Of a stretch of 42,688 bases of DNA, positions 1-8,201 are shown in pieces. The notes under the pieces were generated by a model. The model saw nothing but the letters and a program-made list of their open reading frames with translations, was not told the DNA's origin and did not search any database. The stretch comes from Burkholderiales bacterium (GTDB lineage: Bacteria; Pseudomonadota; Gammaproteobacteria; Burkholderiales; SG8-39). A program made the position numbers and the translations under genes. The stretch is taken from the NCBI GenBank assembly GCA_035251235.1, contig DATFEJ010000131.1:1-42688 (forward strand). The letters are read 5' to 3'. Position 1 is the first letter of the stretch, and every line of letters begins with the position of its first letter.

Positions 1-250
1 CCCAGTAGGCGAGGCCGCCGGAATCCACGCCCAGGCGCGTGCTGGCGTCGGCGTCGGTGATGCCCGCCACCCGGCGCAGCACGCGCGCGTCGCGGTCGGC
101 CTTGTCCAGCGCGCCGCCGGGAAACACGTGCGCGCCGGCGAGGAACGCGGCGCTCCTGTTCCTCTGCAGCATGAAGGCCTCGGGCCCGAGGCTGCCATCG
201 CGCAGCAGCAGCAGCGTCGCAGCGGGGCGCGGGGCGAGCTTGTCGGCCAT
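1..250 (-). CDS. NUDIX hydrolase family protein (N-terminal part; gene runs off the left edge)
   Basis: This ORF is not in the track because it is truncated. Manual reverse translation from the ATG at 248-250 gives MADKLAPRPAATLLLLRDGSLGPEAFMLQRNRSAAFLAGAHVFPGGALDKADRD... The LLLLRDG...MLQR...VFPGG..D pattern is typical of NUDIX-fold proteins. The gene starts 8 nt downstream of the SDR stop, so it is probably co-transcribed. Confidence 0.55.
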   Translation of the reverse strand, partial: MADKLAPRPAATLLLLRDGSLGPEAFMLQRNRSAAFLAGAHVFPGGALDKADRDARVLRRVAGITDADASTRLGVDSGGLAYW

Positions 251-258
251 GCGCGCGC

Positions 259-1134
259 TCAGCCGGCCCGGCCGGCGCGGTCCTTGTCGTTCTGCGCCTT
301 GATGAGCGCGCGCGCCTTCTGCCAGTCGGCGTCGCTCATCTGGTCGAGCTCGGTGAAGGAGGCGCCGGTGGCGAGGTAGCCGCCGCCGTCGATTGCGATC
401 GTCTCGCCGGTGAGCCATTCGCAGCCGTCCGCCATGAGGAAGGCGGCCAGGTTCTGCAGCTCCGCCATCCGGCCGATGCGCCGCATCGGGTTCGCCTTGG
501 TGGAGTCGCCGAAATCCGCGCCCGGGCGCAGGCGCTTGGTCGCGCCCTCGGTGGGGAAGGGGCCCGGCGCGATGGCGTTCAAGCGGATGCCGTGCTTGCC
601 CCATTCGACGGCGAGCGACTTGGTCATGACGTGCAGTCCCGCCTTCGACATGGCAGAGGGCACGACGTAGGGCGAGCCCGTCCACACCCAGGTGACGAGG
701 ATCGAGATCACCGAGCCCGGGCGGCCGCCGTCGATCCAGCGCTTGCCGACCGAGTGCGTGACGTAGAAGCTGCCGTGGAAGACGATATTGGCGATGGCGT
801 TGAAGCCGTTCGGCGTCAGGTCCTTGGTGGGGCTGATGAAGTTGCCGGCGGCGTTGTTCACCAGGCCGGTGAGCGGCCCGGACTCGTCCCAGATGCGCTG
901 CGCCATCGCGTCCACCGCGGCGAAGTCGCGGATGTCCACGGCATGCGTGCGCACGCGCCCGCCGTGTTGCGCCATCAGCTCCCTGGCGGCCGCCTCCAGC
1001 ACCCCCGCGCGCCGGCCCGCGATCCAGACGTCCGCCCCGAGCTGCAGGTACTTGGCGGCGATCTCTTTCCCGAGGCCGGTGCCGCCCCCGGTGATGAGGA
1101 TGTTCTTGCCCTTGAGCAGGCCGTCCCGGAACAT
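259..1134 (-). CDS. Short-chain dehydrogenase/reductase, 2,4-dienoyl-CoA reductase-like
   Basis: From ORF 259..1161. It has the Rossmann motif ITGGGTGLG, NNAAGNF and a peroxisomal/mitochondrial DECR-like layout. I chose the internal ATG (MFRDGLLKGKNILITGGG) at 1134 as the start. Confidence 0.85.
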   Translation of the reverse strand: MFRDGLLKGKNILITGGGTGLGKEIAAKYLQLGADVWIAGRRAGVLEAAARELMAQHGGRVRTHAVDIRDFAAVDAMAQRIWDESGPLTGLVNNAAGNFISPTKDLTPNGFNAIANIVFHGSFYVTHSVGKRWIDGGRPGSVISILVTWVWTGSPYVVPSAMSKAGLHVMTKSLAVEWGKHGIRLNAIAPGPFPTEGATKRLRPGADFGDSTKANPMRRIGRMAELQNLAAFLMADGCEWLTGETIAIDGGGYLATGASFTELDQMSDADWQKARALIKAQNDKDRAGRAG

Positions 1135-1169
1135 GCGCTTCTCCCGCGTGCAGGAGCGCACATTCTAAT

Positions 1170-1571
1170 TCACGCGGGCGCGGCCTCCGCGGGCGCGTAC
1201 GAGGCGATGCCGTTGCCGAACGACCAGTTCTCGCGCGCCACCTCGACGAGGTTCACCCAGACGTCCTGCGGCCGCAGGCCCACGGCCTGCGCGAGGTTGT
1301 CGGCGATGCGCCGGTAGAGCGCGCGCTTCTGCTCGAGCGAGCGGCCGGCGGTCAGCGTGATCTGCACCAGGACGATCTCGTCGCTGCGCTCGATGCCGAG
1401 GTACTCGGCGTCGTATACCAGGTCGCCGCGCGCGTGCTGCGTGATGACCTGGAAGCGGTCGCGCGCCGGCACGCCGATCGTCTCGACCAGCGCCCGGTGC
1501 ACCGCGTCACCGACGCGGCGCCGGTCCCCGGGCGTCAGGCCCTCGACGAGCGAGATGCGTACGAGCGGCAC
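1170..1571 (-). CDS. Tautomerase family protein (4-oxalocrotonate tautomerase-like, about 130 aa type)
   Basis: This is the C-terminal 133 aa of the artefactual 578-aa ORF. It reads (V/M)PLVRISLVEGLTPGD...ENWSFGNGIASY, with the Pro1-type N-terminus and NWSFG motif typical of this family. The start is GTG at 1569-1571, preceded by AGGA. Confidence 0.8.
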   Translation of the reverse strand: MPLVRISLVEGLTPGDRRRVGDAVHRALVETIGVPARDRFQVITQHARGDLVYDAEYLGIERSDEIVLVQITLTAGRSLEQKRALYRRIADNLAQAVGLRPQDVWVNLVEVARENWSFGNGIASYAPAEAAPA

Positions 1572-1723
1572 GCGTCCTGCGTCCCGGTCCGGCGGCCGAG
1601 CAGCGCCTGCGCCGAGCGGGCGAGGAACGCCTGCACGGCGAGGGCGCGCTCGCGATGCGCGTCGCGCTCCAGCTGCGCGCGCAGCTCGTCGTCGCGCAGG
1701 TAGCCAGCGTATTGCAGATCCAT
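1535..1723 (-). CDS. Hypothetical small protein (62 aa)
   Basis: A strong SD (AAGGAGAG) lies 5-6 nt upstream of the ATG, and the ORF begins 18 nt after the DUF2917 stop. The N-terminal 40 aa look helical and protein-like. The 3' end overlaps the tautomerase start by 37 nt. I recognise no family. Confidence 0.4.
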   Translation of the reverse strand: MDLQYAGYLRDDELRAQLERDAHRERALAVQAFLARSAQALLGRRTGTQDACRSYASRSSRA

Positions 1724-1741
1724 GGCGGCTCTCCTTGCGGG

Positions 1742-1969
1742 TCAGGCGAGCGCCACGGTGGCGTCGCCGAAAGCGTGCACCAGGGCGAGGCCCTTGCGGC
1801 TGAGGCGGTAGCTCGCCCCGGCCTCGAGCACCACGTCCTTGTTCATGTTCTCCTCGGTGATCCACACGCTGCCTTGGTCGCAGCGGATGGTGCTGCCCAG
1901 GGCGTCCACCACCCTGAGCGTCTGCCCGCGCGCGAGGCGCAGGGCGCCGGGTTCCAGTTCGATGCGCAT
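1742..1969 (-). CDS. DUF2917 domain-containing protein
   Basis: The tail of ORF 1742..2251 reads MRIELEPGALRLARGQTLRVVDALGSTIRCDQGSVWITEENMNKDVVLEAGASY, matching the short DUF2917 pattern (G.vWvT....D..L..G). The ATG at 1969 has AGGAG 6 nt upstream. The gene is divergent from a LysR gene, as is common for this family. Confidence 0.75.
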   Translation of the reverse strand: MRIELEPGALRLARGQTLRVVDALGSTIRCDQGSVWITEENMNKDVVLEAGASYRLSRKGLALVHAFGDATVALA

Positions 1970-1997
1970 GACCATCTCCTGTCGGGTTGCGTTTGGC

Positions 1998-2012
1998 ATG
2001 CGCATGGTGCAT
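1998..2012. promoter_or_regulatory. Candidate LysR-type T-N11-A box (ATGC-N7-GCAT)
   Basis: The dyad atgcGCATGGTgcat lies in the 85-nt divergent region between the LysR gene and the DUF2917 operon. Confidence 0.3.
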
Positions 2013-2054
2013 CCTGCCCGTCGCGCTCTCAAACGGTAAGAATTCAGGCTTTGC

Positions 2055-3005
2055 ATGAACAATGGGAATGTAAGGCTGCCGTCCCTGGACCTGCTGCGCG
2101 GCTTCGAGGCCTCGGCGCGGCTGCTGTCGTTCACGCGCGCCGGCGAGGAGCTGCACCTCACGCAGTCCGCGGTCAGCCGGCAGATGCAGGAGCTCGAGGA
2201 GCAGCTCGGCGTGAAGCTGTTCGAGCGCCGCCATCGGGCGCTCGCGCTCACCGACGCCGGCCAGCAGTTCTATCCGGCCGCGGCGCAGGTGCTGGCGACC
2301 ATGCGCGCGGCCACCGACCGGCTGCGCGCGCAATCCGGCCGGCGCGCGCTCGCCGTGACCACCACGCACTCCTTCGCCGCGCTGTGGCTCATCCCGCGCC
2401 TCGCGGGCTTCACGCGCGCCCACCCCGGCGTCGACGTGCGCATCTCCGCCGACACGCGCGTGCAGGACCTGGAGCGCGACGGCCTCGACGTGGCGATCCG
2501 CCACGGACCGGCGAGCCTCGCCGGGCCGGGCGCCGAGCGCCTGTTCGGCGAGCGCGTCTTCCCGGTGTGCAGCCCGAAGCTGGCGCGCGATGCGCGCCGC
2601 CCGCTCAAGGAGCCCGCCGACCTGCGCCACCACGTGCTGCTGCAGTACGACGATCCGGATGCGCGCCATCCTTGGCTGCACTGGCGCTCGTGGCTCGAGG
2701 TGGAGCGCCTGGCGGAGTTGAAGCCCGCGGGGCGCCTGTCCTTCTCCGGCTACGAGCAGATCATCGCCGCCGCGATCGCCGGGCACGGCGTGGCGCTCGG
2801 CCGCAGTCCGCTCCTGAAGGACGCGCTCGAAGCGGGGGACCTCGTGGCGCCGTTCAAGCGCAGCGCCGACCCGGCGCGCGCCTACTACGCGATCGCGTCG
2901 AGCCACGCGCAGGGCCGGCCGGAAGTGGCCGCGTTCGTCGCCTGGCTGAAGCGCGAGGCGGCCGGCGCGGAGGCTAGCGCAGCGCCGCGGAAGAAACGCG
3001 CCTGA
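2055..3005 (+). CDS. LysR family transcriptional regulator (GcvA-like)
   Basis: The N-terminal wHTH reads LPSLDLLRGFEASARLLSFTRAGEELHLTQSAVSRQMQELEEQLGVKLFERR. A LysR substrate-binding domain follows. Confidence 0.92.
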   Translation: MNNGNVRLPSLDLLRGFEASARLLSFTRAGEELHLTQSAVSRQMQELEEQLGVKLFERRHRALALTDAGQQFYPAAAQVLATMRAATDRLRAQSGRRALAVTTTHSFAALWLIPRLAGFTRAHPGVDVRISADTRVQDLERDGLDVAIRHGPASLAGPGAERLFGERVFPVCSPKLARDARRPLKEPADLRHHVLLQYDDPDARHPWLHWRSWLEVERLAELKPAGRLSFSGYEQIIAAAIAGHGVALGRSPLLKDALEAGDLVAPFKRSADPARAYYAIASSHAQGRPEVAAFVAWLKREAAGAEASAAPRKKRA

Positions 3006-3597
3006 CGCCGGCCTTTTTCATGCCCTGCCAGGCGGCGGCGAGCGAGCCGCCGGTGTCGATCGCGCGGCACGCATCCTCGATCACCACGGCCTGCAGACCG
3101 AAGCGCCGCGCATCCATCGTGCTCCAGGCGACGCAGAAGTCGGTCGCCAGCCCCGCGCAGAAGACACGCTGCACGCCGCGCGATTTCAGGTAGCCGTCGA
3201 GGCCGGTCTTCGTCCTGCGGTCGGCCTCGAGGAACGCCGAGTAGCTGTCCACCTTCCGGTGGTGGCCCTTGCGGAGGACGAGCTGCGCGTGCGGGATGTC
3301 GAGGTCCCGATGGAAGGCTGCGCCCGGCGTGCCCTGCACGCAGTGATCGGGCCAGAGGATCTGCTCGCCGTAGGGCAGACGGATCCTGTCGTAGGGCTTG
3401 CGGCCGGGATGGCTCGAGGCAAACGACGCATGGCCCGCGGGGTGCCAGTCCTGCGTGAGCACCACGACGGCGAAGTCCGCGGCGATGCGGTTGACGAGCG
3501 GCACGATCTCGTCGCCGCGCGGCACGGCGAGCGCGCTGCCCGGCATGAAGTCGTTCTGCACGTCGACGACCAGGAGGCAGTCCGTCGAGCGGCGCAT
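2974..3597 (-). CDS. pncA: Nicotinamidase/pyrazinamidase (isochorismatase fold)
   Basis: The C-terminal 207 aa of ORF 2974..4053 read MRRSTDCLLVVDVQNDFMPGSALAV...QDWHPAGHASF...LWPDHCVQGT...GLATDFCV. The catalytic Asp/Lys/Cys and metal-site motifs of PncA are present. Confidence 0.9.
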   Translation of the reverse strand: MRRSTDCLLVVDVQNDFMPGSALAVPRGDEIVPLVNRIAADFAVVVLTQDWHPAGHASFASSHPGRKPYDRIRLPYGEQILWPDHCVQGTPGAAFHRDLDIPHAQLVLRKGHHRKVDSYSAFLEADRRTKTGLDGYLKSRGVQRVFCAGLATDFCVAWSTMDARRFGLQAVVIEDACRAIDTGGSLAAAWQGMKKAGVRRVSSAALR

Positions 3598-3602
3598 GTA
3601 TG

Positions 3603-4580
3603 TCAGAGCGTGAGGACGATCTTGCCGATGTGCGCGCTCGACTCCATCAGCCGGTGCGCCTCGGCGGCCTGCTCGAGCGGGAAGGTCCGGTAGATCACCG
3701 GCCTGATCTTGCCGGCGTCGATCAGCGGCCAGATGCGGCTGCGCAAGCTCGCGGCAATCGCGCCCTTGAACTCGATCGGACGCGGGCGCAGCGTCGAGCC
3801 GGTGAGGGTGAGGCGGCGGCGCATCAGCTCGTTCACGTCGAGCTCGGCCTTGGGTCCGCGCAGGAAGGCGATGAACACCAGGCGTCCGTCGTCGGCGAGC
3901 GCCTTCAGTTCCTTCGGCACGAAGTCGCCTGCCGCCATGTCGAGGATCACGTCCACGCCCTTGCCGCCGGTGGCCGACCGCACGCCCGCGACGAAGTCCT
4001 CGGTCTTGTAGTTGAAGGCCGCCTCGGCGCCGAGCTGCAAGCAGGCGGCGCACTTCTCGTCCGTGCCGGCGGTGGCGAAAACGCGGTTGCCGGTGGCCTT
4101 CGCCATCTGGATGGCGGTGACGCCGATGCCCGAAGTGCCGCCCTGCACGAGCAGCGCTTCGCCCGGGGCGAGGCGGGCGCGATCATAGACATTGGACCAG
4201 ACGGTGAAGAAGGTCTCGGGGAGCGAAGCGGCCTCCACCATGGAAAGGCCCCTGGGCACCGGCAGCGCCTGCACTTCCGGCGTCACGCAGAACTCCGCGT
4301 AGCCGCCGCCATGCGTGAGCGCGCACACCGCATCGCCCGGCTTCCACATCGTTACCGCAGCGCCGCATGCGACGACCTCGCCGGCGACCTCCAGGCCGGG
4401 CAGGTCCGAGGCGTCGGGCGGCACGGCGTAAAGGCCCATGCGCTGCAGCACGTCGGGGCGGTTGACGCCCGCCGCCGCCACCTTGACGAGGATCTCGTGG
4501 GTTTTGGGCACCGGGCGCGGGCGCTCCGCGGGACGCAGCGCCTCGGGCCCGCCGGGCTTGTCGATCTGGATGGCGCGCAT
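3603..4580 (-). CDS. qor: NAD(P)H:quinone oxidoreductase (zeta-crystallin/PIG3 MDR family)
   Basis: MRAIQIDKPGGPEAL...GVNRPDVLQRMGLY...GGTSGIGVTAIQMAK...GKIVLTL. I chose the start at ATG 4580; ATG 4592 is also possible. Confidence 0.88.
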   Translation of the reverse strand: MRAIQIDKPGGPEALRPAERPRPVPKTHEILVKVAAAGVNRPDVLQRMGLYAVPPDASDLPGLEVAGEVVACGAAVTMWKPGDAVCALTHGGGYAEFCVTPEVQALPVPRGLSMVEAASLPETFFTVWSNVYDRARLAPGEALLVQGGTSGIGVTAIQMAKATGNRVFATAGTDEKCAACLQLGAEAAFNYKTEDFVAGVRSATGGKGVDVILDMAAGDFVPKELKALADDGRLVFIAFLRGPKAELDVNELMRRRLTLTGSTLRPRPIEFKGAIAASLRSRIWPLIDAGKIRPVIYRTFPLEQAAEAHRLMESSAHIGKIVLTL

Positions 4581-4617
4581 GAAGGCGCGCATCTTAACGC
4601 AAGCGCCACGGCACATT

Positions 4618-6543
4618 ATGATGCTCGCCTCCATGCCGCGCGTTTTCGCATTCCTGGCCGTGCTTATCTTCGCGTCCGCGGCGCACGCGCGAGAGACGGC
4701 GCCGCTGCCGAGCGAACGCGGCTTCACTTCGCTCGGCGCCTACGTCGAGGTGCTGGAGGATCCGTCGCGCGCCCTGCGGCTGGAGGACGTGCGCGCGCCC
4801 GGGCACACGGAGCGATTCTCGCGCCCGGGCACCGATCCGCTCAATTTCGGCTACTCGCGCTCGGCGTGGTGGCTGCGCTTCCGGCTGCCGGGCGGCGCAC
4901 CCGCCGGCGAGGAATTGCTGCTCGAGGTGGCGTTCCCGAGCATCGACCGCATCGAGCTGCACCGGCCCGAGGCGCAGCCGGGCGGCGAGGCGCGCTACTG
5001 GGCGCGCCTGGCGGGGGACACGTTTCCCTGGGACGCGCGCGAGGTGCGCCACCGCAACTACGTATTCCGCTTTCCGGCGCCGACCGCCGCCGGCGATCAC
5101 GAGTATTACCTGCGCGTGGAATCGAAAAGCGTGGTGACCGTGCCGCTCACGCTCTGGCGCCCGGAAGCCTTCGCGGAACAGGGGCGCAGCTCGCAGCTGG
5201 TGCTCGGGCTGTTCTACGGCCTGGCGCTCGCGCTCATCCTCTACAACCTGATGCTGTTCGTCGCCGTGCGCGACGGCGTCTACGCCTACTACGTGGCGTA
5301 CGCCGTGGCGTTCGGGCTGTTCCTGTTCAGCTACGACGGGCTGGCGTACCAGTACCTGTGGCCGAACAGCGTCTGGGCGGCCAATCACGCGGTGGCGATG
5401 ACGCTGTGCCTGACGCTCGCCCTGGGCGTGCTGTTCGCGCGCGGCTTTCTCGCCACGCGGCGCGTGGCGCCGCGGGCCGACCTCGCCCTGCGCGCCATCG
5501 CCGCCACCGGCGGCACGTTGGCCCTGTTCGCCGCCACGGGCTGGGTGCTCGACTACGGCACCGTGCTGCGCATCATCTCCGTGCTCGGCTTCGCGGCCGC
5601 GGCGCTCGCCACCTACGTCGCGGTGCGCGCGCTGGTCGCGGGATACCGCCCGGCGCGCTACTTCCTGCTCGCCTGGTCGGCGCTGCTGGTGTTCATCGGC
5701 GTCGGCGCGCTGCGCAATTTCGCGCTGGTGCCGACGACTTTCGTGACCATCTACGGCCTGCACATCGGCTTCGCCCTGGACGTGCTGCTGCTGTCCTTCG
5801 CGCTCGGCGACCGCATCGGCATCCTGCGGCGCGAGCGTGCGGTGGCCCAGGCCGAGGCCCTGCAAGCGCAGCGTCGGCTGCTCGAGGCGACGCGCGAGAG
5901 CGAGCGCGAGCTCGAGCTGCGCATCGCCGAGCGCACGGCGGAGCTGAATCGCGCCAACGAGCGGCTGCGCGCCGAGGCGGGCGAGCGCGAAGGGCTGATG
6001 GCGCTGCTGCGCAACCAGGAGGAGCACCTGCGCTTCATGGCGCAGCACGACCCGCTGACCGGCCTGCCCAACCGGCTGTCGATGCAGCAGCGGCTGGCGC
6101 TCGCCATGGAGCTGGCCAAGCGCAACCGCAAGAAGCTGGCGGTGATGCTGGTCGACCTCGACGGCTTCAAGTCCATCAACGACACGCGCGGCCACCCGGC
6201 CGGCGACCAGGCGCTGGTGCAGCTCGCCTCGCGCCTGCGCACCAGCGTGCGCGGCTCGGACACCGTGGCGCGCTACGGCGGCGACGAGTTCGTCATCCTC
6301 GCCGGCGAGCTCGATCGCACCGAGGACGCCTCGATGATCGCCGAGAAGGTCGCCGACATGGTGCAGCTGCCGCTCGCGCTCGCCGGCGGGCCGACGAGCG
6401 TGTCCTGCTCCATCGGCATCAGCGTCTTTCCGGACGACGCCGAGGACGCCGAAACGCTCATCGCGCTCGCCGACAAGGCGATGTACGCGTCCCGCTCGGC
6501 GAGCGGGCAGCGCTTCGCGTTCTTCGCGCGGGCCGAGCCCTAG
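4618..6543 (+). CDS. Diguanylate cyclase with 7TMR-DISMED2 periplasmic domain, 7TMR-DISM membrane module, coiled coil and GGDEF domain
   Basis: A signal/TM segment is followed by ...NFGYSRSAWWLRFRL... (DISMED2), then seven hydrophobic helices. The GGDEF domain carries an intact RYGGDEF and an RGSD (RxxD) I-site 5 residues upstream. The start is ATG 4618 or 4633. Confidence 0.88.
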   Translation: MMLASMPRVFAFLAVLIFASAAHARETAPLPSERGFTSLGAYVEVLEDPSRALRLEDVRAPGHTERFSRPGTDPLNFGYSRSAWWLRFRLPGGAPAGEELLLEVAFPSIDRIELHRPEAQPGGEARYWARLAGDTFPWDAREVRHRNYVFRFPAPTAAGDHEYYLRVESKSVVTVPLTLWRPEAFAEQGRSSQLVLGLFYGLALALILYNLMLFVAVRDGVYAYYVAYAVAFGLFLFSYDGLAYQYLWPNSVWAANHAVAMTLCLTLALGVLFARGFLATRRVAPRADLALRAIAATGGTLALFAATGWVLDYGTVLRIISVLGFAAAALATYVAVRALVAGYRPARYFLLAWSALLVFIGVGALRNFALVPTTFVTIYGLHIGFALDVLLLSFALGDRIGILRRERAVAQAEALQAQRRLLEATRESERELELRIAERTAELNRANERLRAEAGEREGLMALLRNQEEHLRFMAQHDPLTGLPNRLSMQQRLALAMELAKRNRKKLAVMLVDLDGFKSINDTRGHPAGDQALVQLASRLRTSVRGSDTVARYGGDEFVILAGELDRTEDASMIAEKVADMVQLPLALAGGPTSVSCSIGISVFPDDAEDAETLIALADKAMYASRSASGQRFAFFARAEP

Positions 6544-8186
6544 AAGCTGGACTTCGATTCCATCGTCAGCTGGTACGAGTCCAACCCGGGCTCGCGTCTG
6601 AGGGGGAAGGCGATGTCCAGGTGCAGCGTGGTGCCGGTCGCGGAGCGCGCGCTGAGCAGCCGCAGCCCGAAGCCGACGTTCGCGGACCAGTGCGCGTCCG
6701 GGAAATTCTGGTAAGGCTCGCCCCAGGCCCGGCCCACGTCGTAGAAGACGGCGCCGCCGACGCGGATCAGCCGCAGCGGATACCAGTCGCTGTACAGGCG
6801 CTGCTCGGCGGTCAGCAGCACCCGCCGGCTGCCCAGCTGGTAATTGGAGGGATAGCCGCGCAGGCCGGTATCGCCGCCGAGAGACAGGTACTGCGTGGCG
6901 TCCGAGAACTCGGTCGCGTCACCGGAGAGCGCGACGTAGAGCAGCGCCCCGCTGCCGCGGCGCTGGTAGTAGCGCAGCGCACCGCCCAGCACGACGCGGT
7001 CGTTTTCGCCGTTGGCGTACTCTCCCGACACCGCCGCGGAGGCGAGCAGCGTGCGATCGCCGTGGAAGCGGAATCCTTGGCTGACGCCGGCCGCGTACCA
7101 GGTGATCAGGTCCGTGGAGCCGAGGCCGGGCGTGGAGCGCCCCACCTGCACGCTCGCCTGCAGGCCGAGCGCCTGGTATTCCGGACGCCCGATGCTTTGG
7201 ACGTTGGTGACTTCACGGAAGTCGTCCTCGACCACCTCGTAGCGCAGATACGGGCCGGCCCGCAGGCGGTCGCCCGGCAGCGTCGCCGGCGCGCGCGGGT
7301 CGTTCTCGTACCGGTCGCGCAGATAGCTCAGGCCGAGCGAGAAGCGGTTCGCCCAGCCGTTCACCAGGCCCGGCGACCATCCGCCGGAGACGTCCGCGCT
7401 TTCCGTGCTGCGGTAGAACCGCCCGGCCTCGGCGCCGCCGGCATACTGGGTGAGCAGCCGGTTGTCGGTGGCGACCGAGAAGTTGCCCGCGCCGCGCGCG
7501 TCGAGCGCGTAGAACGGGCGCGTCACGTTGAACGAGCGGCTGTCGCCGTCGTCGAAGTTCGCCTGCGCATAGGCGACGGTCGTGCGACCGTCGAACGCAT
7601 ACGGGTAGCTCACGCCGAAGTCCACGCCGCTCGGCGTTCCGCCGGCGGTGGTGACCTCCGTGGTCGAGCGTGTCGACAGGGTCAGCCGCGCGCCCGTGCC
7701 GAAGAGGTTGTACTCGCTAATGCGCGCGCCGCTGGTGGTCGTGCCCCCCGCGCTCTCGAGGCTCGCGCCGAACTGCAGGGTCCAGGAATCTCGCGTGCGC
7801 ACCTCCAGGTCGACGACGCCGTCGCGCCACGCGATCGGCCGGATGCTCGCCTGGTACAGGTAGCGGTTGCCGCGCAGCAGGCGCTCGGATTCGAGCACGC
7901 GCTGCGCGACGAGCTTCTCGCCGCTGCGGAACAGCAGCTGATTGCGGATCACGTGGGGCCGGGTCTGGATGTGGATGCCATTGGCGAGCCGGAAGAGCCA
8001 GTTGTTCTCCGCCGGATCGTCGAGGTTGAAGACGTCGTCGGCGGCGATGCGGATCTCGCCGATGACCGCGCCGGCGGCCTCCAGTTCCGCCAGGGAAGGC
8101 AGCGCGGCCGGCGTGGGCGCCTCCTCGGCGTTAACGGCGCACGCGATGAAGGCGAGCAGCGCGGCAGCGAGCGCGCGCGGGCGCAA
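6540..8186 (-). CDS. Omp85-family outer membrane protein with a single POTRA-like N-terminal domain
   Basis: The signal peptide reads MRPRALAAALLAFIACAVNA. A POTRA-like segment follows, then a beta-barrel with alternating hydrophobic pattern, the LGGDTGLRGY loop-6 motif and a C-terminal Phe. Confidence 0.8.
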   Translation of the reverse strand: MRPRALAAALLAFIACAVNAEEAPTPAALPSLAELEAAGAVIGEIRIAADDVFNLDDPAENNWLFRLANGIHIQTRPHVIRNQLLFRSGEKLVAQRVLESERLLRGNRYLYQASIRPIAWRDGVVDLEVRTRDSWTLQFGASLESAGGTTTSGARISEYNLFGTGARLTLSTRSTTEVTTAGGTPSGVDFGVSYPYAFDGRTTVAYAQANFDDGDSRSFNVTRPFYALDARGAGNFSVATDNRLLTQYAGGAEAGRFYRSTESADVSGGWSPGLVNGWANRFSLGLSYLRDRYENDPRAPATLPGDRLRAGPYLRYEVVEDDFREVTNVQSIGRPEYQALGLQASVQVGRSTPGLGSTDLITWYAAGVSQGFRFHGDRTLLASAAVSGEYANGENDRVVLGGALRYYQRRGSGALLYVALSGDATEFSDATQYLSLGGDTGLRGYPSNYQLGSRRVLLTAEQRLYSDWYPLRLIRVGGAVFYDVGRAWGEPYQNFPDAHWSANVGFGLRLLSARSATGTTLHLDIAFPLRREPGLDSYQLTMESKSSF

Positions 8187-8201
8187 CGCGCTTCCTATCC
8201 G

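Noticed and set aside
1170-2906. 578-aa minus-strand ORF spanning the tautomerase, DUF2917 and LysR regions
   Set aside because: Only the last 133 codons (tautomerase) look like a real protein. The upstream part is antisense to the LysR gene and is compositionally junk.
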